This document shows positions 27,101 through 39,715 of a stretch of 64,000 bases of DNA, one piece after another (positions within the stretch are counted from its first letter, which is position 1; every line of letters starts with the position of its first letter). The notes below the pieces were generated by a model. The model was not told the origin of the DNA. It was given only the letters and a program-made list of their open reading frames with translations, and ran no database searches. The position numbers and the translations under genes are program-made. The DNA lies in the NCBI GenBank assembly GCA_035084275.1, contig CM068749.1, forward strand, positions 18,724,001 to 18,788,000, in the 5' to 3' direction. Source of the stretch: Hydrolagus colliei. Its lineage: Eukaryota.

Positions 27101-27782
27101 TGTTTGTACCTACTTAGGAACTCCAAATATAACTGACTTAATGTCAAAGCGTATTCTGTCCAATTTTAGTTTATATAAAACTGTCTTGACCTACTTCCGA
27201 TTTGGCTACAATTGGCTATTCTCTAACATACTATGCCAAGTCAGATATGAAATCTTTAAATCTTAAAAGAACATTGAATTTATATCAAGTGACAAAAAAG
27301 GCTACTGAATCAACCCCTCACTTGAACTCTACTTGTAATCTTTTGAGATTCATATTTCTTGTCAGCAGTTATTGAGTAAGGTTTATAGATATCTTGGAAT
27401 GAGTTGATTATAACATTTCTATAGTTTTTTTCTGCATTAAATTAATAGTAACTTGAATTTACATTTTTTTAAGAAAAAGCCTGTATTGGTTAAATACAAA
27501 AGTTAATTTGTTCTTCATAATAACTAGGTTAAACATTCCAATTGATTTGGCTTTGGTTTCCGTTGATTAATTTATGATTACCTGGACATGAGAAACTCAA
27601 GCCAAAATCTGAACACACTGCTGGGGGTTGCGTCTGATTTTTGCTTTGTTCAAATGTTTCAATAGCAACATTGAAAACCGGTTATTGTTGCACTTTCAAC
27701 ATATTGTATCTCAAAAACCACTTGTATAGCTGCACATCACCTTATCTGTTTATAGTTTCATTTCCAAGTCCTTCTCTAAACA

Positions 27783-28151
27783 GAGCTCCTGTGGCTTAGT
27801 GGTTAGAGCACTTGTCTTGCAAGCTGGGGAGACCTGTGTTCGAATCCAGGCATGTTAGGGTGAAACCTTGGGCAAGTTTCCTTACTCCACACGCCTAATA
27901 ATAATCCCTCCAAAAAAAAACACAATAATAAAATTGGTCATTTCAATCCACGACTTTATCCTTGACTGAGATATTGGCTTGTCTCACTCATTTCAATCAG
28001 TTTGTGGGACACTGCTGTGCGCAATTGGCTGCCGCGATTCACCCACAAATATATAGTCAATTCACTACAATATATTTTGTGATGCACTTTGGGATGTCGA
28101 TAAGATGTGAAAAGCGCTACATCAAATGCAAGGATTCTTCTTACTATTATT
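27783..28151 (+). mobile_element. tRNA-derived SINE, full length, with an internal foreign insertion
   Basis: A box, gttcgaatcc B box, shared body and tail; extra sequence at 27953-27998. Confidence 0.92.
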
Positions 28152-29292
28152 AACAGTGTTCTAGTGATTTGGCACAATCCAAGCATTTGTATTATTTTAT
28201 GTCTGGTTCTGCGCCCCCACCCCCATCCCATTAGCATTAGATTGGCATAGTGAAACTATCTAGATGTATCTTCTTTGAAAATACTTTAAAACATAAACAA
28301 ATGTATATTCTACACGAGATTTTTTTTTAAAAAGCTGTAATTTGAAACTGAAAGTTAAACATGCTGGAAATCCACAACATTTTAAAAAGATTTTTCCACC
28401 AGTGGAAATAGAGTTAGTGTTCTTCACCCATATGTTGGTTGTCACGAACTGCATGATAGGTGTTCAAACTCTGTGCCAATTTATGCTTGGATACTGTTTG
28501 ATGCAGTGTTGCTAAATTAATTTGTTAAAGTCCTAATACACTGTGTTATTTCGGGCTTGTCCAACTAGCTCTTCTTCATGGTTTGGAGTTCCTGGACGTG
28601 CAACATGAGCACATTTGCGAAGCCCAGAACCAAGCGATGAGATTGATTTATTATAAGAGATAGGACTTCTGCCTACATTCACTTATTGCTCAGCACTCTG
28701 GATGGCAATTTAATGGCAGGCATGTTTTTTTTAGCCAAAGTCCTTTATGAGAGAACTTGGTTTAAGCAGTTGGTGACTTGTAAATCTTGTAAACAAGCCA
28801 GGACAACTAATATCATCATGAAGAAATGAGTTGGAAACTTTATCCTTGACTGAGATATTGGCTTGTCTCACTCACACTGAAGGATAAAGTGCCATATGTT
28901 CTCAGATTGTTCACTTTTGTCTGTACCTGCCTGTAGTCATTCATTCCTTGTTTTATCAGCTGAATGTTGATTTATTTGAAAAGGATAATATCATTTACAG
29001 GGAATTAAGTTAATAATGGTACAGTACTTTTAATTTTGGTTGAAAAGAATGAGTGGCTAAGCATTTTTCTTGAGGGGCGCTTCCATAGGTTGTGTAACCA
29101 GGAAGATTGATGTGTCTATTTTGGTGTATCAGATGGACTAAAGAAACTAGCTTCTTAATGTGCTTAGGATATCCGTCCATTCCTATGCTTTAGGGCTGTG
29201 ATAATGTCCTGTTAGGAACAAGATAATTGCTCCATTTCTGGACATTGTAACTTCCTTCCTGCGACAGATCCATTTCTTTCCTGATAGCTACA

Positions 29293-29610
29293 GGACTCGT
29301 AGAATCCTGTCAGTGGCTAGAGCGCTTGCCTCACAAGCGGGAGACCGGGGTTCGATTCCCGGCTGGGTGAAAGAAGCATTGGGCAGGTTTCCTTACTCTG
29401 ATAATGCCGATAATAATCTCTCAAGAAGAAAAAAATATATAAATTGGTCACTTCAATCCACGACTGTTTGTGGGGATGCTGCTGTGTGCAATTGGTTGTC
29501 ACTTTTTGCCCAAAATATACAGTCAATTCACATTGCAGTATATTCTGTGAAGAGCTTTGAGATGTCTAGAAGACATGAAAAGCGCAATATCGAATGCGCT
29601 TTTATGGTTA
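29293..29610 (+). mobile_element. tRNA-derived SINE, full length
   Basis: agtggctagagcg...ggttcgattcccgg head and shared body/tail. Confidence 0.9.
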
Positions 29611-29906
29611 TATTCATGGTTAATGTGACTTCTTGCTGTTTGCTCAAAAATGACCATTTGTTCATCCATTTCTAACTAAGATGGCTTAGGGCCAAAAATT
29701 TAGTTTAAAAATCAACTGTGCACGTTGACTTGCTGCAGAAACAATCCTAGAACAGTACACTCTTAACTTATTTTAACATTTTAACCATGGAGTCATATAG
29801 TAAACTAAATGAGCTTTCCCTTCATTAAATTGAATGGCAAGTTTCTTAAGAGTGCAGGTTAAATTAAACGCACAATGTTAACTTTTGACCAACTTCTTTT
29901 TTCTAG

Positions 29907-30022
29907 GATCAGTTTGACAATATAGAAAAACACACACAATGGGGAATAGATTTCGTGGAAAGATATTCAAAATTTGTGAAAGAGAGACTGGACATAGAAC
30001 AAAGCTATGCAAAACAATTAAG
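29907..30022 (+). CDS. FNBP1L: FNBP1L exon 2 (F-BAR)
   Basis: ttctag acceptor, gtaaga donor; [39 protein letters not shown]. Confidence 0.96.
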
Positions 30023-31714
30023 GTAAGATGTATTACTGAACATTTTCTATTTTTAATCTCTACAATGTGAGGCAGTATTTTTTCAACAATAATTCAGATT
30101 TTAGTTTTGCAGCACACATTACCCATAAGGTATAAAAATCTTTGTCTAGACTAGAGGCCTTTAAATGTAATTATTTGTAATATAATATTATGATTTTTCT
30201 GCTAAAAATCACACCATGAGGTTTAGTCTAAAATTTTGTTTAATTGTGAAATTGTTTTAAGTATTTGCCTTTTGGATGGATAGAAACTTTGGAATGACGA
30301 GTTTGTACAATGAGCTCCTCAGGTATCAGCTAGACCAGGTTAATTTAGTAAAACAAAATCATTTTTTTAAATGTACAGTATTAATATCTTAGTTACTCTT
30401 AATGCAACAGATTCCTTTTGTTAAATTAGAATTTCACTTTGAGGTTTTTGTAGTCGTCTTCACCATCGGTTATTTTATTTCTCCCCTCGAAAACCACACG
30501 ATCCATGCTTGTGCAGATGAAAATAGGAACTCATTAGTATGATGTAGCCTGTCTTTCCCCACTGTCTACGTAATCTGTGTTGGCATTGCATAGACACCAC
30601 AGAGTCCTTCACGGTCAATAAGTTTGACAAAGTTCACAGATCACTCACTGTTGGGGAAGGAAAGGGCAATTATTCATGATAACAGTATTCATAAATATTG
30701 TTTTGTGGCATGATTCAGAGTTAAATCGGTGGCCTTGCAATGTTTGAATTATCAGTAGATTAAGAAAAGGAAAGGGGAAGGGATTGGAATTTTTTTCCAA
30801 AGTGGCATAAAATCATTCATTCTGGAACAATATGGACAGTTGCCCAGTTACACAACAGTTTGCACCTTTAGCGACAACACCATATGAATGCTAATGAATT
30901 GAGTTTTTGTTTTAGCTACTCTGATAGAGAAGTTGAGTTCAATAAAATTGTGGGGGAAAAAAATCACAAATACTGCTGGTAACAAAAAAGTGTGATAAAA
31001 TAACGACCCCTGGATTTGATTTTTTTCCTCCAAATTGCAAACTTTGTGGTTCATAGTGGATGAAAGAAATTTACTTTCAAAGTCTGTTTTCTGTAGTGAA
31101 TTTTAAATATTTAAGAGTATCAACCAGAAAGAGCAGGGTTCAGTTTTAGCTCCCCCCTTTACCTTCTCCTAAAGCAGGTAGCAAGAGTGGGAAAAAAATG
31201 GTCATTTCAGTCCGAGGGCAAATAATAGAGCTGTCTCCTGTACTATTGAAAGTCTGTGTTGTAGATCAAGCATAATTTCCCTAGCAGCAGTTTTATTGCT
31301 ACCAGGGGGAAACCCAGAATGTTGCTTTATATTAATACTGGCAGCACACTGTGGTTATTTTGGTCTTGGCACCAAAGGTGAAGTACAAGGTGCACAACAA
31401 ACAGGCGGCTGACATTAAAATTGGGAGAAAATTGTTTGTTTTCTTGGAACAGTCTCTAGAAGTTATCTTATTAAAACATTTCTTGGTTTTAAAAGTTGAC
31501 TAGCTTGAAATGTATTTCTGACTTGTGACAAGCTTGTAGGATTTGCAAGTATGTTTTTCTTCCCTATTTGGCAATAACCATCTGATCAGTTTCTGGGATG
31601 CACTTTGCCTGCAGTTGATCTATTCAGGCCTGATGCAAAGCGATAATGCTTTCAACCACTGGATTCTTGTAGAGATGCACTTTTAAGAATGATTTTTTTT
31701 TTTTGCCTCTGCAG

Positions 31715-31768
31715 AAATCTGTATAAGAAATACTTTCCCAAGCGTTCCAACAAAGATGAGGAACCCAG
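31715..31768 (+). CDS. FNBP1L: FNBP1L exon 3
   Basis: ctgcag acceptor, gtaaag donor; NLYKKYFPKRSNKDEEPR; phases fit. Confidence 0.95.
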
Positions 31769-32325
31769 GTAAAGACCAGACTAACAGTGATGACCAAATA
31801 AAAATCGTATACAGAAATGTTTGATTGTTTTTGTTAAGACTGGTAGCTAACCTTGGGTAAAATTAATTCAAGAAATTAACCTTCATTGCTTCAAGTAAAA
31901 TATTTTTAAAACGGGGAAAAACTGTTATTTTTTGGTAGTGTTTTGGTTTCACATTTCAGTCCACAAATTCAATTTAGTTTTTCACAATTTAATTAACTAT
32001 TTAATCAGGAATGTTTTATGTGGAGAAAGTTATATCCCAAATTATTTTTGCTAAACCATAATATTATGAACAGACTCAATTGGTGAATTGGAGCAATGAG
32101 TTTAATTTCAACTAAAAATTAATTGCATGAAATTATTTTCCATAATTTCTCCAGTGACAATTGCAGTATAAGGAATTATGAAACTTAGTTATCTTTAACA
32201 GAATTATTCAAATCTGGCTGAATTAAGTTTTCGATTCTTGTTGATTTTTGTTCAAATCTGTACCAGTTCTGTAATAAAGAGAATTGCGTTTTGCTTTTAT
32301 CACTTAATTATTGCTGTTTCTGCAG

Positions 32326-32473
32326 GTTCACTACTTGTCAAGCCTTCTTTCATGTTCTCAATGAGCTCAATGACTATGCAGGTCAGCGTGAAGTTGTTGC
32401 TGAAGAGATAGGCCACAGTGTCTATGGAGAACTCATGAGGTATTCTCATGATTTAAAAATGGAACGGAAAGCA
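32326..32473 (+). CDS. FNBP1L: FNBP1L exon 4
   Basis: tgcag/gtaagt; FTTCQAFFHVLNELNDYAGQREVVAEEIGHSVYGELMRYSHDLKMERKA. Confidence 0.96.
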
Positions 32474-34446
32474 GTAAGTATTCCTCTATATCTTTTGCTT
32501 AATTTTCTCAATTTTTCTTTGTCTATGTATTTTGGGGACACAAAATGCTTAATGCGTTTCCAGGCGGCAGTAGCCCAGTCACCAGATTAATGTATTAAAA
32601 CACATGTTTTTTTTTCATCCCGTTTTTAAATAAAAAACCATGACAGTCCATATATTGTACATACTTCAGATGGAAGTGCAAACTTTACTTAACTTGACAT
32701 TTCAAGAAGTTTGCATCTTACAGCTACAGAGTTGAAACAATTCACTAACTGACCAACAATTAAGTTATTCTAAATGGGAGGTTTTAAAGTTCATTGGTTG
32801 TTTACAATGTCTTGCTTGTTTGAAGAATTATCTGAATGGTGGCTGCACGTCTTTGAAATGTTAAAGGAAATCTAAATCCTAATGGTGAACAACAGCATTA
32901 GAAAGTCCTTCACATTTACAAAAATCACTGTGAGTGATTGACAAGCAGATTTTTTGTACACAATTATACACAATTGTTACTGTCCTGAAAGTAGTAACTC
33001 AAACTGTACAAATCCCTAAACTTCCCTGCCAGAGTTGCCATTCATTAGGTTTGAACTTAAATGTTAAGTGTGTGTAGGCTACTTTTTTTTTGCAGGAAAT
33101 AGCTTCAACAGTTGTGAATACACGTGAACAGTGTCTGGGCACTGGTAGCCATCAGAAATAGGAATTCTCATGTGTTTTTTCCCCTTCTAAGGATGTGCAC
33201 TTTGGACCCAATTGTAGTGCCCTAACCACTGCAGAAGATATATTTAATTTGAAGCTGCTGCTAAAGAGATGTTTTTGATTATGAAGGAAAGTGGATTACT
33301 CAGTGGAATATCATTTTGTGCTGAAAATTCTAACCCCACCCCCCATCCCCCCAGATTTGAGTCATCAGCATTCCTTATGTGGTTTTGACTCATTCCTGGT
33401 TAGCTATTGAATATCCTCAGCAGAATGCGCTACTTTTGGTGACTTTCGCCATTGTGGTTTCTGGGAAAAAACAACAACCGGCAATTCCATTTTATGTTCA
33501 CCTTTCCAATTTGGGTGCCCAGCACGTTCCGCTAAGCTCTTTTGGATGTCCTTGCAATGTGAAAAGCTCTATATAGATGATTTTTTTTTGGGGGGTATAG
33601 CTTAACAAATGCCGGGTGAATAGTGGGCTCCGAATGATGCTTTTATAGTTTAATAACTATCTGTGTGATCCTTGGAAGACCACTACAGAATCACTTTAAA
33701 AAGCGATTTAAACATGAAATATTCGTCCTGCAATAAAGACAACCACAACCAGACCAATCAACAGATTGAAAATTTAACAAATACTTAGTTTTTAACCTGC
33801 ATCAAAACATCTACATCCCTTTGTGTTTTGTGCAAGAGCAACTACTTAAGCAAACATGGAAAAAGAAAAAAGCCATTAAGACCATTCTCTCTGCAGACCA
33901 TGTACAATCTGCTGTATCATAGACTTTGCTCCAACCCCTCAGTCTGTTGAGGAAGGCAAACAACTACAGGTAAACGTCCCCAAAACTGTGTGAAATGTCT
34001 TCCCTGATTCCAAAGGATAATAAAGTAAAACTCAAGTATATTAATCCAGCCTTTAAACCAATCCTTAATTCTGACATGTTGCCTCCCACCAGTCCCAATG
34101 GTGCATGAACCATCATATTTCCTACACAGTATTTGACCATTTGTGTCTGTGCTTATCCTTCTAACCTTAAATGTTCTTAAACAGATGCTAATTCAGTTCT
34201 TTTTTTCCCCCCAACAGTTAATTGACAGGATTAACTGCTTTTGCTGGCTATTTATTTCATTCTCTGTGCGCTTGTGCGTGTGTGTGTGTGTGGTGGTGGG
34301 GACGGGTGGAGGGTGAAGAAAATATTGGGGGAAACTAGTTTCTTATAATCTCGGCAATTTGTACTCTTGTTCTATAGTTTTCCAATATATGGTTTCAAAA
34401 AAAATAAGCTACTGATATCTGTTAATGATATCTCATACGTTTTAAA

Positions 34447-34628
34447 GGAGTCTTGTGGAGTCCTGTAGCTTAGTGGTTAGAGCGCTCGCATTACAAGCGA
34501 GAGACCTGGGTTCAATTCCAGGCAAGATAAAACTTTGGGCAAGTTTCTTGAATCCACACGCCTGATAATAATGCCTCAAGAAAACCACCCCCCCAAAACA
34601 ATAAGAAATTGGCGAGTTAAATCCACAT
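34447..34628 (+). mobile_element. tRNA-derived SINE, 3'-truncated
   Basis: gtagcttagtggttagagcg...ggttcaattcc head and first half of body. Confidence 0.85.
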
Positions 34629-34977
34629 TCAATAGATTTACTGTTCAATCGTTTTTTTTTCCTTGTCTGAGTTGTTATGAAGTTAGAAGATGTATTATTG
34701 ACAAGGAAACTTATGATAAAAAGAATGCATTGAATGATTAATTTAGCTCAGCCTCCTGCTTCCTCCCTTGGGTGCATTAAACATTCCTTAAGTAATGATA
34801 TTCTGCAGTTCACTTGAAATCAATTTAAAGTGAAGTATTGAAGGTGCGAGAAGGAAAATATGATTCTAAAAGTTTAAACATAATCTAGGCAATCAGAGGT
34901 GTCAACGCCCATGGAGGTAAGGTAGGACTAGAACAAATCACATATAGAGGCTAACCTCACTTATTTATTTTTGACAG

Positions 34978-35040
34978 CATCTTCAGGAAGGACGCAAGGC
35001 ACAGCAGTATCTTGATTCCTGCTGGAAACTGATGGATAAT
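34978..35040 (+). CDS. FNBP1L: FNBP1L exon 5 (GC donor)
   Basis: gacag acceptor; HLQEGRKAQQYLDSCWKLMDN; followed by gcaagt. Confidence 0.92.
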
Positions 35041-35602
35041 GCAAGTTTCCTTTCTTTTTTCTTGGTTGTTTCTCTACAGTTTTTGTATTGAGCTCTAGCT
35101 GTTCGAATTCCTGCAAGAAAAGTGTGCTGACCTGTATACAGTACTTGTATTCCAACCCTTGCTTCCCACCTTTTTAACTGACTTTTAACAAAGTATTGTA
35201 TTTCTAAACTTAAGTAATTTGTATTGGCCGAAAATACTTTAAAGGAAACGGAAAGCACAAACTCTTAAGAAAGCCATACAGTAGTTGCACATAAAAATGT
35301 CTATGTCATTTGATCAAATGAAAGCAAGTGCTGCTGAGGAGTATACTAGGCAATTATAATAGCAAATGTGGAGTTTCTTGGAGAATTACGTTGGTAAACA
35401 TAGTCAAGAGACTATTCTGACTATTTCACATGTCATATTGTTTATAATTCATGTTAAAGTATTTTCAATAAATTAATATCTTGCATTTCTTACCTTGTAC
35501 AAGAAGGAAAATAATAATACATTGGATTTTCAAGATGGTTTTAAATGAATACAGGTCAGATTAAGGAAGCCAGCAGCATCAAAATCATGAGATATCTGAC
35601 GT

Positions 35603-35648
35603 TGTGGCATGTTGGCTGAACTCTTAAGAGTTCAGCCAACATGCCACA
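35603..35648. repeat. Perfect 46-bp palindrome
   Basis: tgtggcatgttggctgaactctt|aagagttcagccaacatgccaca, no spacer. Confidence 0.97.
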
Positions 35649-35915
35649 TGTTAAAATATAAGGTTTCATTATTTGGCTTGTCTTATTTTTAATAACAGAA
35701 CATGTGCCTAAGCCATGCATAATTTAAATTGTTTAGCATTCTTGCTTTATTAAAATATTTTTACCAAACATGTAGTACATTCTTTGCTATTCATTAATAA
35801 TTAAGAATTGTCATGTGTGCACAATAGGATAGCAAAAATATTTTAATTGTTGATTTGAAGCTTTAATTTTTGAGGAATTTTGTAGTCAAACTTTTGTTTT
35901 TACTTTTACTTTCAG

Positions 35916-36020
35916 AGTAAAAGGAAGTTTGAACGAGAATGCAAGGAAACTGAAAAGGCACAATTAAGCTTTGAAAAACTAGACACTGATCACAATGCGA
36001 CAAAAGCAGATGTTGAGAAG
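35916..36020 (+). CDS. FNBP1L: FNBP1L exon 6
   Basis: tttcag/gttgga; [35 protein letters not shown]. Confidence 0.95.
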
Positions 36021-36420
36021 GTTGGAATCTTAACGGTTCTACAAATGCTTTATTTCTGTCTGAAATTATTTCAAAATTAGAATTCAGATTTACATGTTTT
36101 CACATTTTCTTTGCCGAATGGATTGAACGCGAGGGAACAAATGTCATAATTTTAACAAAATTGAAATGACAAATGTGAACGCAGAGTGTGAGGGTGTGGA
36201 ATGATTAATTTTGCATATTCCACATATTCCTTTTGTGTTCTGTGTGATTTAGAATCCTGATCCCATTTGACCCTTTAATCTGTCGTAAGCGTATTTGAAT
36301 TTCATTGATACCAGATGTGAAACACGGATGGATCATTTACAAATTGAAGCTATTATTGGGTATTAAAAATCAATACTTAGATCATGTCACAAAAAGGATA
36401 AAATTGTTATGGAAAAGCTT

Positions 36421-36660
36421 CAACTACAACAACAACTTGCATTTATATAACACCCTCCACGGGTGGTGTCTCAGAGCGCTTCACAGTGTCGGAACCCGAG
36501 ACCGAGCCAAGTGGAGGGGGAATCATAGGGATAGTGACCCAAAGCGCGGTTGAAGTGAAAGGTTTTCAGGCACGACCTGAGGATGGGGAGGGGTGGGTGG
36601 TGGTGGTGAGGGGTGTTGAGGTAAGGAGTTCCAAAGCTTTGGGGCATAGTGGCAGAAAGC
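36421..36660 (-). mobile_element. L2-clade LINE 3' fragment
   Basis: caacaacaacttgcatttatataacacc... then gagttccaaagc, reverse of an L2 3' end. Confidence 0.65.
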
Positions 36661-37008
36661 ATGGTGACGCAGAGAATTTGGGTGACGAGGAGGCGGACGA
36701 ACCCAGTAGAACTACTCCTGTCTTGCGATCTTCAGTTGAAAGGGAATACAGTAAATCCATCGTAACTCGTCACACCATGGGGAAAGAGGTCAGTGCCGAG
36801 ATAGGCATACATGTTAATAAAAAAAATCTATGTTGCCAGGATATTGACAGCGTGTGGACTGAAGTGATAGTGACAGGTGTTAGTGGCAGGGTGAAGTTAT
36901 CAGGAGTTTACGATAAATGGATGACAGCAAATTAAACAGAAAGAATCGTGAGAAATGTAGTATTGAGATAGAAAACAGATTGAGTGTCTTTACTTTTTGA
37001 ATCCCAAG

Positions 37009-37137
37009 GCTAAACAACAGTTACACTTGCGTACCCATACGGCTGATGAATGTAAGAATGAATATGCTGCTCAGCTACAACATTTCAACAATGAACAACA
37101 AAAGCATTTCCAGTTCATCATGCCTCAAGTTTTTAAG
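37009..37137 (+). CDS. FNBP1L: FNBP1L exon 7
   Basis: cccaag/gtaacc; [43 protein letters not shown]. Confidence 0.95.
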
Positions 37138-37309
37138 GTAACCTACTTTTAAATTACCTTCATTAGATTTGCGTGGGAAGGGATGGATGGATTTATAAAA
37201 TAACTCAAATATTTTGACTTGCATGTGTTTTATGTGGTAGGCAAGCTAAGATTAAGTTTTAATGGAGTTGGTTTACCGTACGTTCTGAATTGACATTGCT
37301 ATTTTACAG

Positions 37310-37456
37310 AATCTACAAGCCATGGATGAGCGAAAAAGTGAAAAACTAGCTGAGTGTTACAGATACTTTGCTGAGGCTGAGCGTAGAGTTATTCCGATCA
37401 TTAATAAATGTTTAGAAGGAATGATCCAAGCAGCAAAATCTGTCGATGAACGTAAA
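37310..37456 (+). CDS. FNBP1L: FNBP1L exon 8
   Basis: ttacag/gtaagt; NLQAMDERKSEKLAECYRYFAEAERRVIPIINKCLEGMIQAAKSVDERK. Confidence 0.96.
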
Positions 37457-38319
37457 GTAAGTATTGCGTAAGGCTAAGGAGAATGTGATAATCTCTTGGG
37501 GACACAAAATACTGGAGGGAATACTTTCTAGCAGAAATAAGCCATACATATACATTTATTTTCTAAATTTGTCTTGTTTTTTTTTACTTTGTTTCTTGGC
37601 GGTAGTGGGAGGGAGATTTCATGTTTGGAATCATTAAGGTGAAAGAGGGTCTCAGAACATTTACAATACTGTATAGAAAATATCCGTCAGTGAAAAGAAG
37701 CACTATGTTTTCAGTTGAATCTGATCATTACAGAGGGAGGTGAAACAGAAGAGGCAAAATTATAATTTAAAAAATTGACGGACAGCTTTTTTTTACTTAA
37801 GTCTAATCCTTTTTCTGCTATGGAAATCAGGCAATAACGGTTATACAATTTACTACGGCTTAGTAGATTAGTTGTCGAGATGCCCTTTATCAGGCAGAGA
37901 CAGATGGGTGAATTTGTATTCCCCTCTCCAGTTCAGCAAGGAAAACCAAGGAGCAAAAGTCCTCAGTGTTTTTACCTTTGACCATTGGCTGAGATAAGAA
38001 ACCGTATATCCTTTTAACGTTTAGCAATAGAAATTAAAAGGGCTTTCCTTGCATTACCTGTTGACAAGTGTGACCAAAGTTCATAGAATCTTACGGCACA
38101 AAAGGTGGCCATTCGGCCTATCGAGTCTGTGCCAGCTTTTTAAAAAGAGCAATTTAATCCCACTCCCCAGCTCTCTCCCCATAACCGCGCAAACCAGTCC
38201 TCCCCAAATAAATGTCTACCTAAATAAAAGTTCTGTGTTTTATTTACATGAAGTTCTGCTGTTGCAAGAAAAAGTTCTGTATGTGTAGGCTTTTTTTGGT
38301 GTGTTTTCCTTTTTTTCCT

Positions 38320-38525
38320 CACCCCCCTCCCTGGCCTCCTTCAAGTCTCGCCTCAAGACTATCCTCTTCAGTGGACCCACCAGCAACTCCTTACTCCTTA
38401 CCCTACCCCTTCTCCCCGCCCCTCCCCCCCGGCCTCAGCTCAGGTCTGAAGCAGTAACTGTCCAGCGCCTTGGGACGTCCTCCTGATGTGAATGGCGCTA
38501 TACAAATGTAATTTTGTTGTTGTTG
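38320..38525 (+). mobile_element. L2-clade LINE 3' end
   Basis: SLASFKSRLKTILF peptide remnant, gcgccttgggacgtcctcctgatgtgaatggcgctata, (TTG)n tail; ends about 50 nt before the exon 9 acceptor. Confidence 0.8.
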
Positions 38526-38574
38526 AAACAATAGGTGGTTAAGATGTATTTAACTTGAACAATTGCCTTCACAG

Positions 38575-38775
38575 GACAGCCAGATAGTGATAGAATCTTT
38601 TAAATCGGGCTTTGAAACTCCTGGAGATTTCCCATTTGAAGACTTCAGTCAGAACATTTATAGGACAGTATCGGATGGTAGTCTGAGTGCACAAAAAAAC
38701 GAAATAAGGGCCGACCAGAAACACACTGTGGGGAAATCCAAGGGAAAGCTGTGGCTATTTGGGAAGAAAAACAAG
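38575..38775 (+). CDS. FNBP1L: FNBP1L exon 9 (end of F-BAR)
   Basis: tcacag/gtaaag; [35 protein letters not shown]...[12 protein letters not shown]. Confidence 0.96.
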
Positions 38776-39556
38776 GTAAAGTGGTTTGTTTGTTTATTAA
38801 GAGAACCGGCTCTTTGTACAATTATAGCGAAGTGGCTCATCTAAAACCACAAGTCCTTACCGCAATTCAAATGAATATTGATTTTCATAAATAAGAATAT
38901 TTTTCATTCAGTTGTTTTCTGCAGTTAAATTAAGTTCTAATCCATTCATTTCCCCCCCCTGTTCATCGAAAGTAGATTGTTTCTGGTTTTCTTGAGTTTC
39001 AGCCTATGTAGAATTTCATTTATGTCAATGGGACAAGAATTGATTCATTTTGTTTACGAGTATAAACGATTTAGTGATGATTTGCATGCTATTCTGACTG
39101 GGATTCTTCAGGACATAGCTTTAATTTATGTACAAGCAAACCTAAGCAGTTTTCCCTTGAAAATGCAACATTGTCCGACATACATGCAGTCCTTTGATAG
39201 TTTAATTTGGTTGGTTTAACTTGGTTGAACTTCACTGCTGTTGAGTGAAATAATCCCTGACTGTTGAGTGCCTTAGGACGTCCTCCCGACGTGAAAGGCT
39301 CTGTACAAACGTAATTTTGTATTGTTGGGCAAACTAGCCAAATACAGCAATGCTGTGCACATATAGCACCATTTACCTTGAGCCTTTTTATCTTGTTCCT
39401 TGTCTAATTAGTTTCTAAATTGTTTAATAGTGATTCTTTTCCCTCCCAAATAATCCAGAAACAATTGCATTGTAAGCACAATGCATGTAAACATATCACC
39501 GATCGGACTGCCAATATCAAACCATTGAATTTTTAAAACGTTTTTTTTTACATTAG

Positions 39557-39715
39557 CCGCCGCTCCCTTTCGTTTCCCCTACCAGTTCTTGCTCATCATT
39601 TGTTTCTTATGGGCTTCAGTCTCCCAAGTTCTCTCGGGATCCACTGTCTTACTGTGTGAATGAGATAAAGACAGTGAAACCCAGAATTCCTTCTTTCAAG
39701 AACTTCAGAAGGGGG
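39557..39715 (+). CDS. FNBP1L: FNBP1L exon 10, probable alternative cassette (159 nt, phase 0-0)
   Basis: cattag/gtaagt; PPLPFVSPTSSCSSFVSYGLQSPKFSRDPLSYCVNEIKTVKPRIPSFKNFRRG, matching the linker insert of long CIP4-family isoforms. Confidence 0.9.

Noticed and set aside
35006-35014. gtatcttg as a U12-type donor in exon 5
   Set aside because: Does not match GTATCCTT and would remove conserved F-BAR residues.
36486-36935. 149-aa plus-strand ORF in FNBP1L intron 6
   Set aside because: Overlaps an antisense L2 fragment, has a non-ATG start, and exons 6 and 7 already join in frame.
38912-38971. Possible extra cassette exon after exon 9
   Set aside because: The better acceptor (ctgcag) meets a stop at once; the other frame has only a poor donor (gtagat) and no family similarity.
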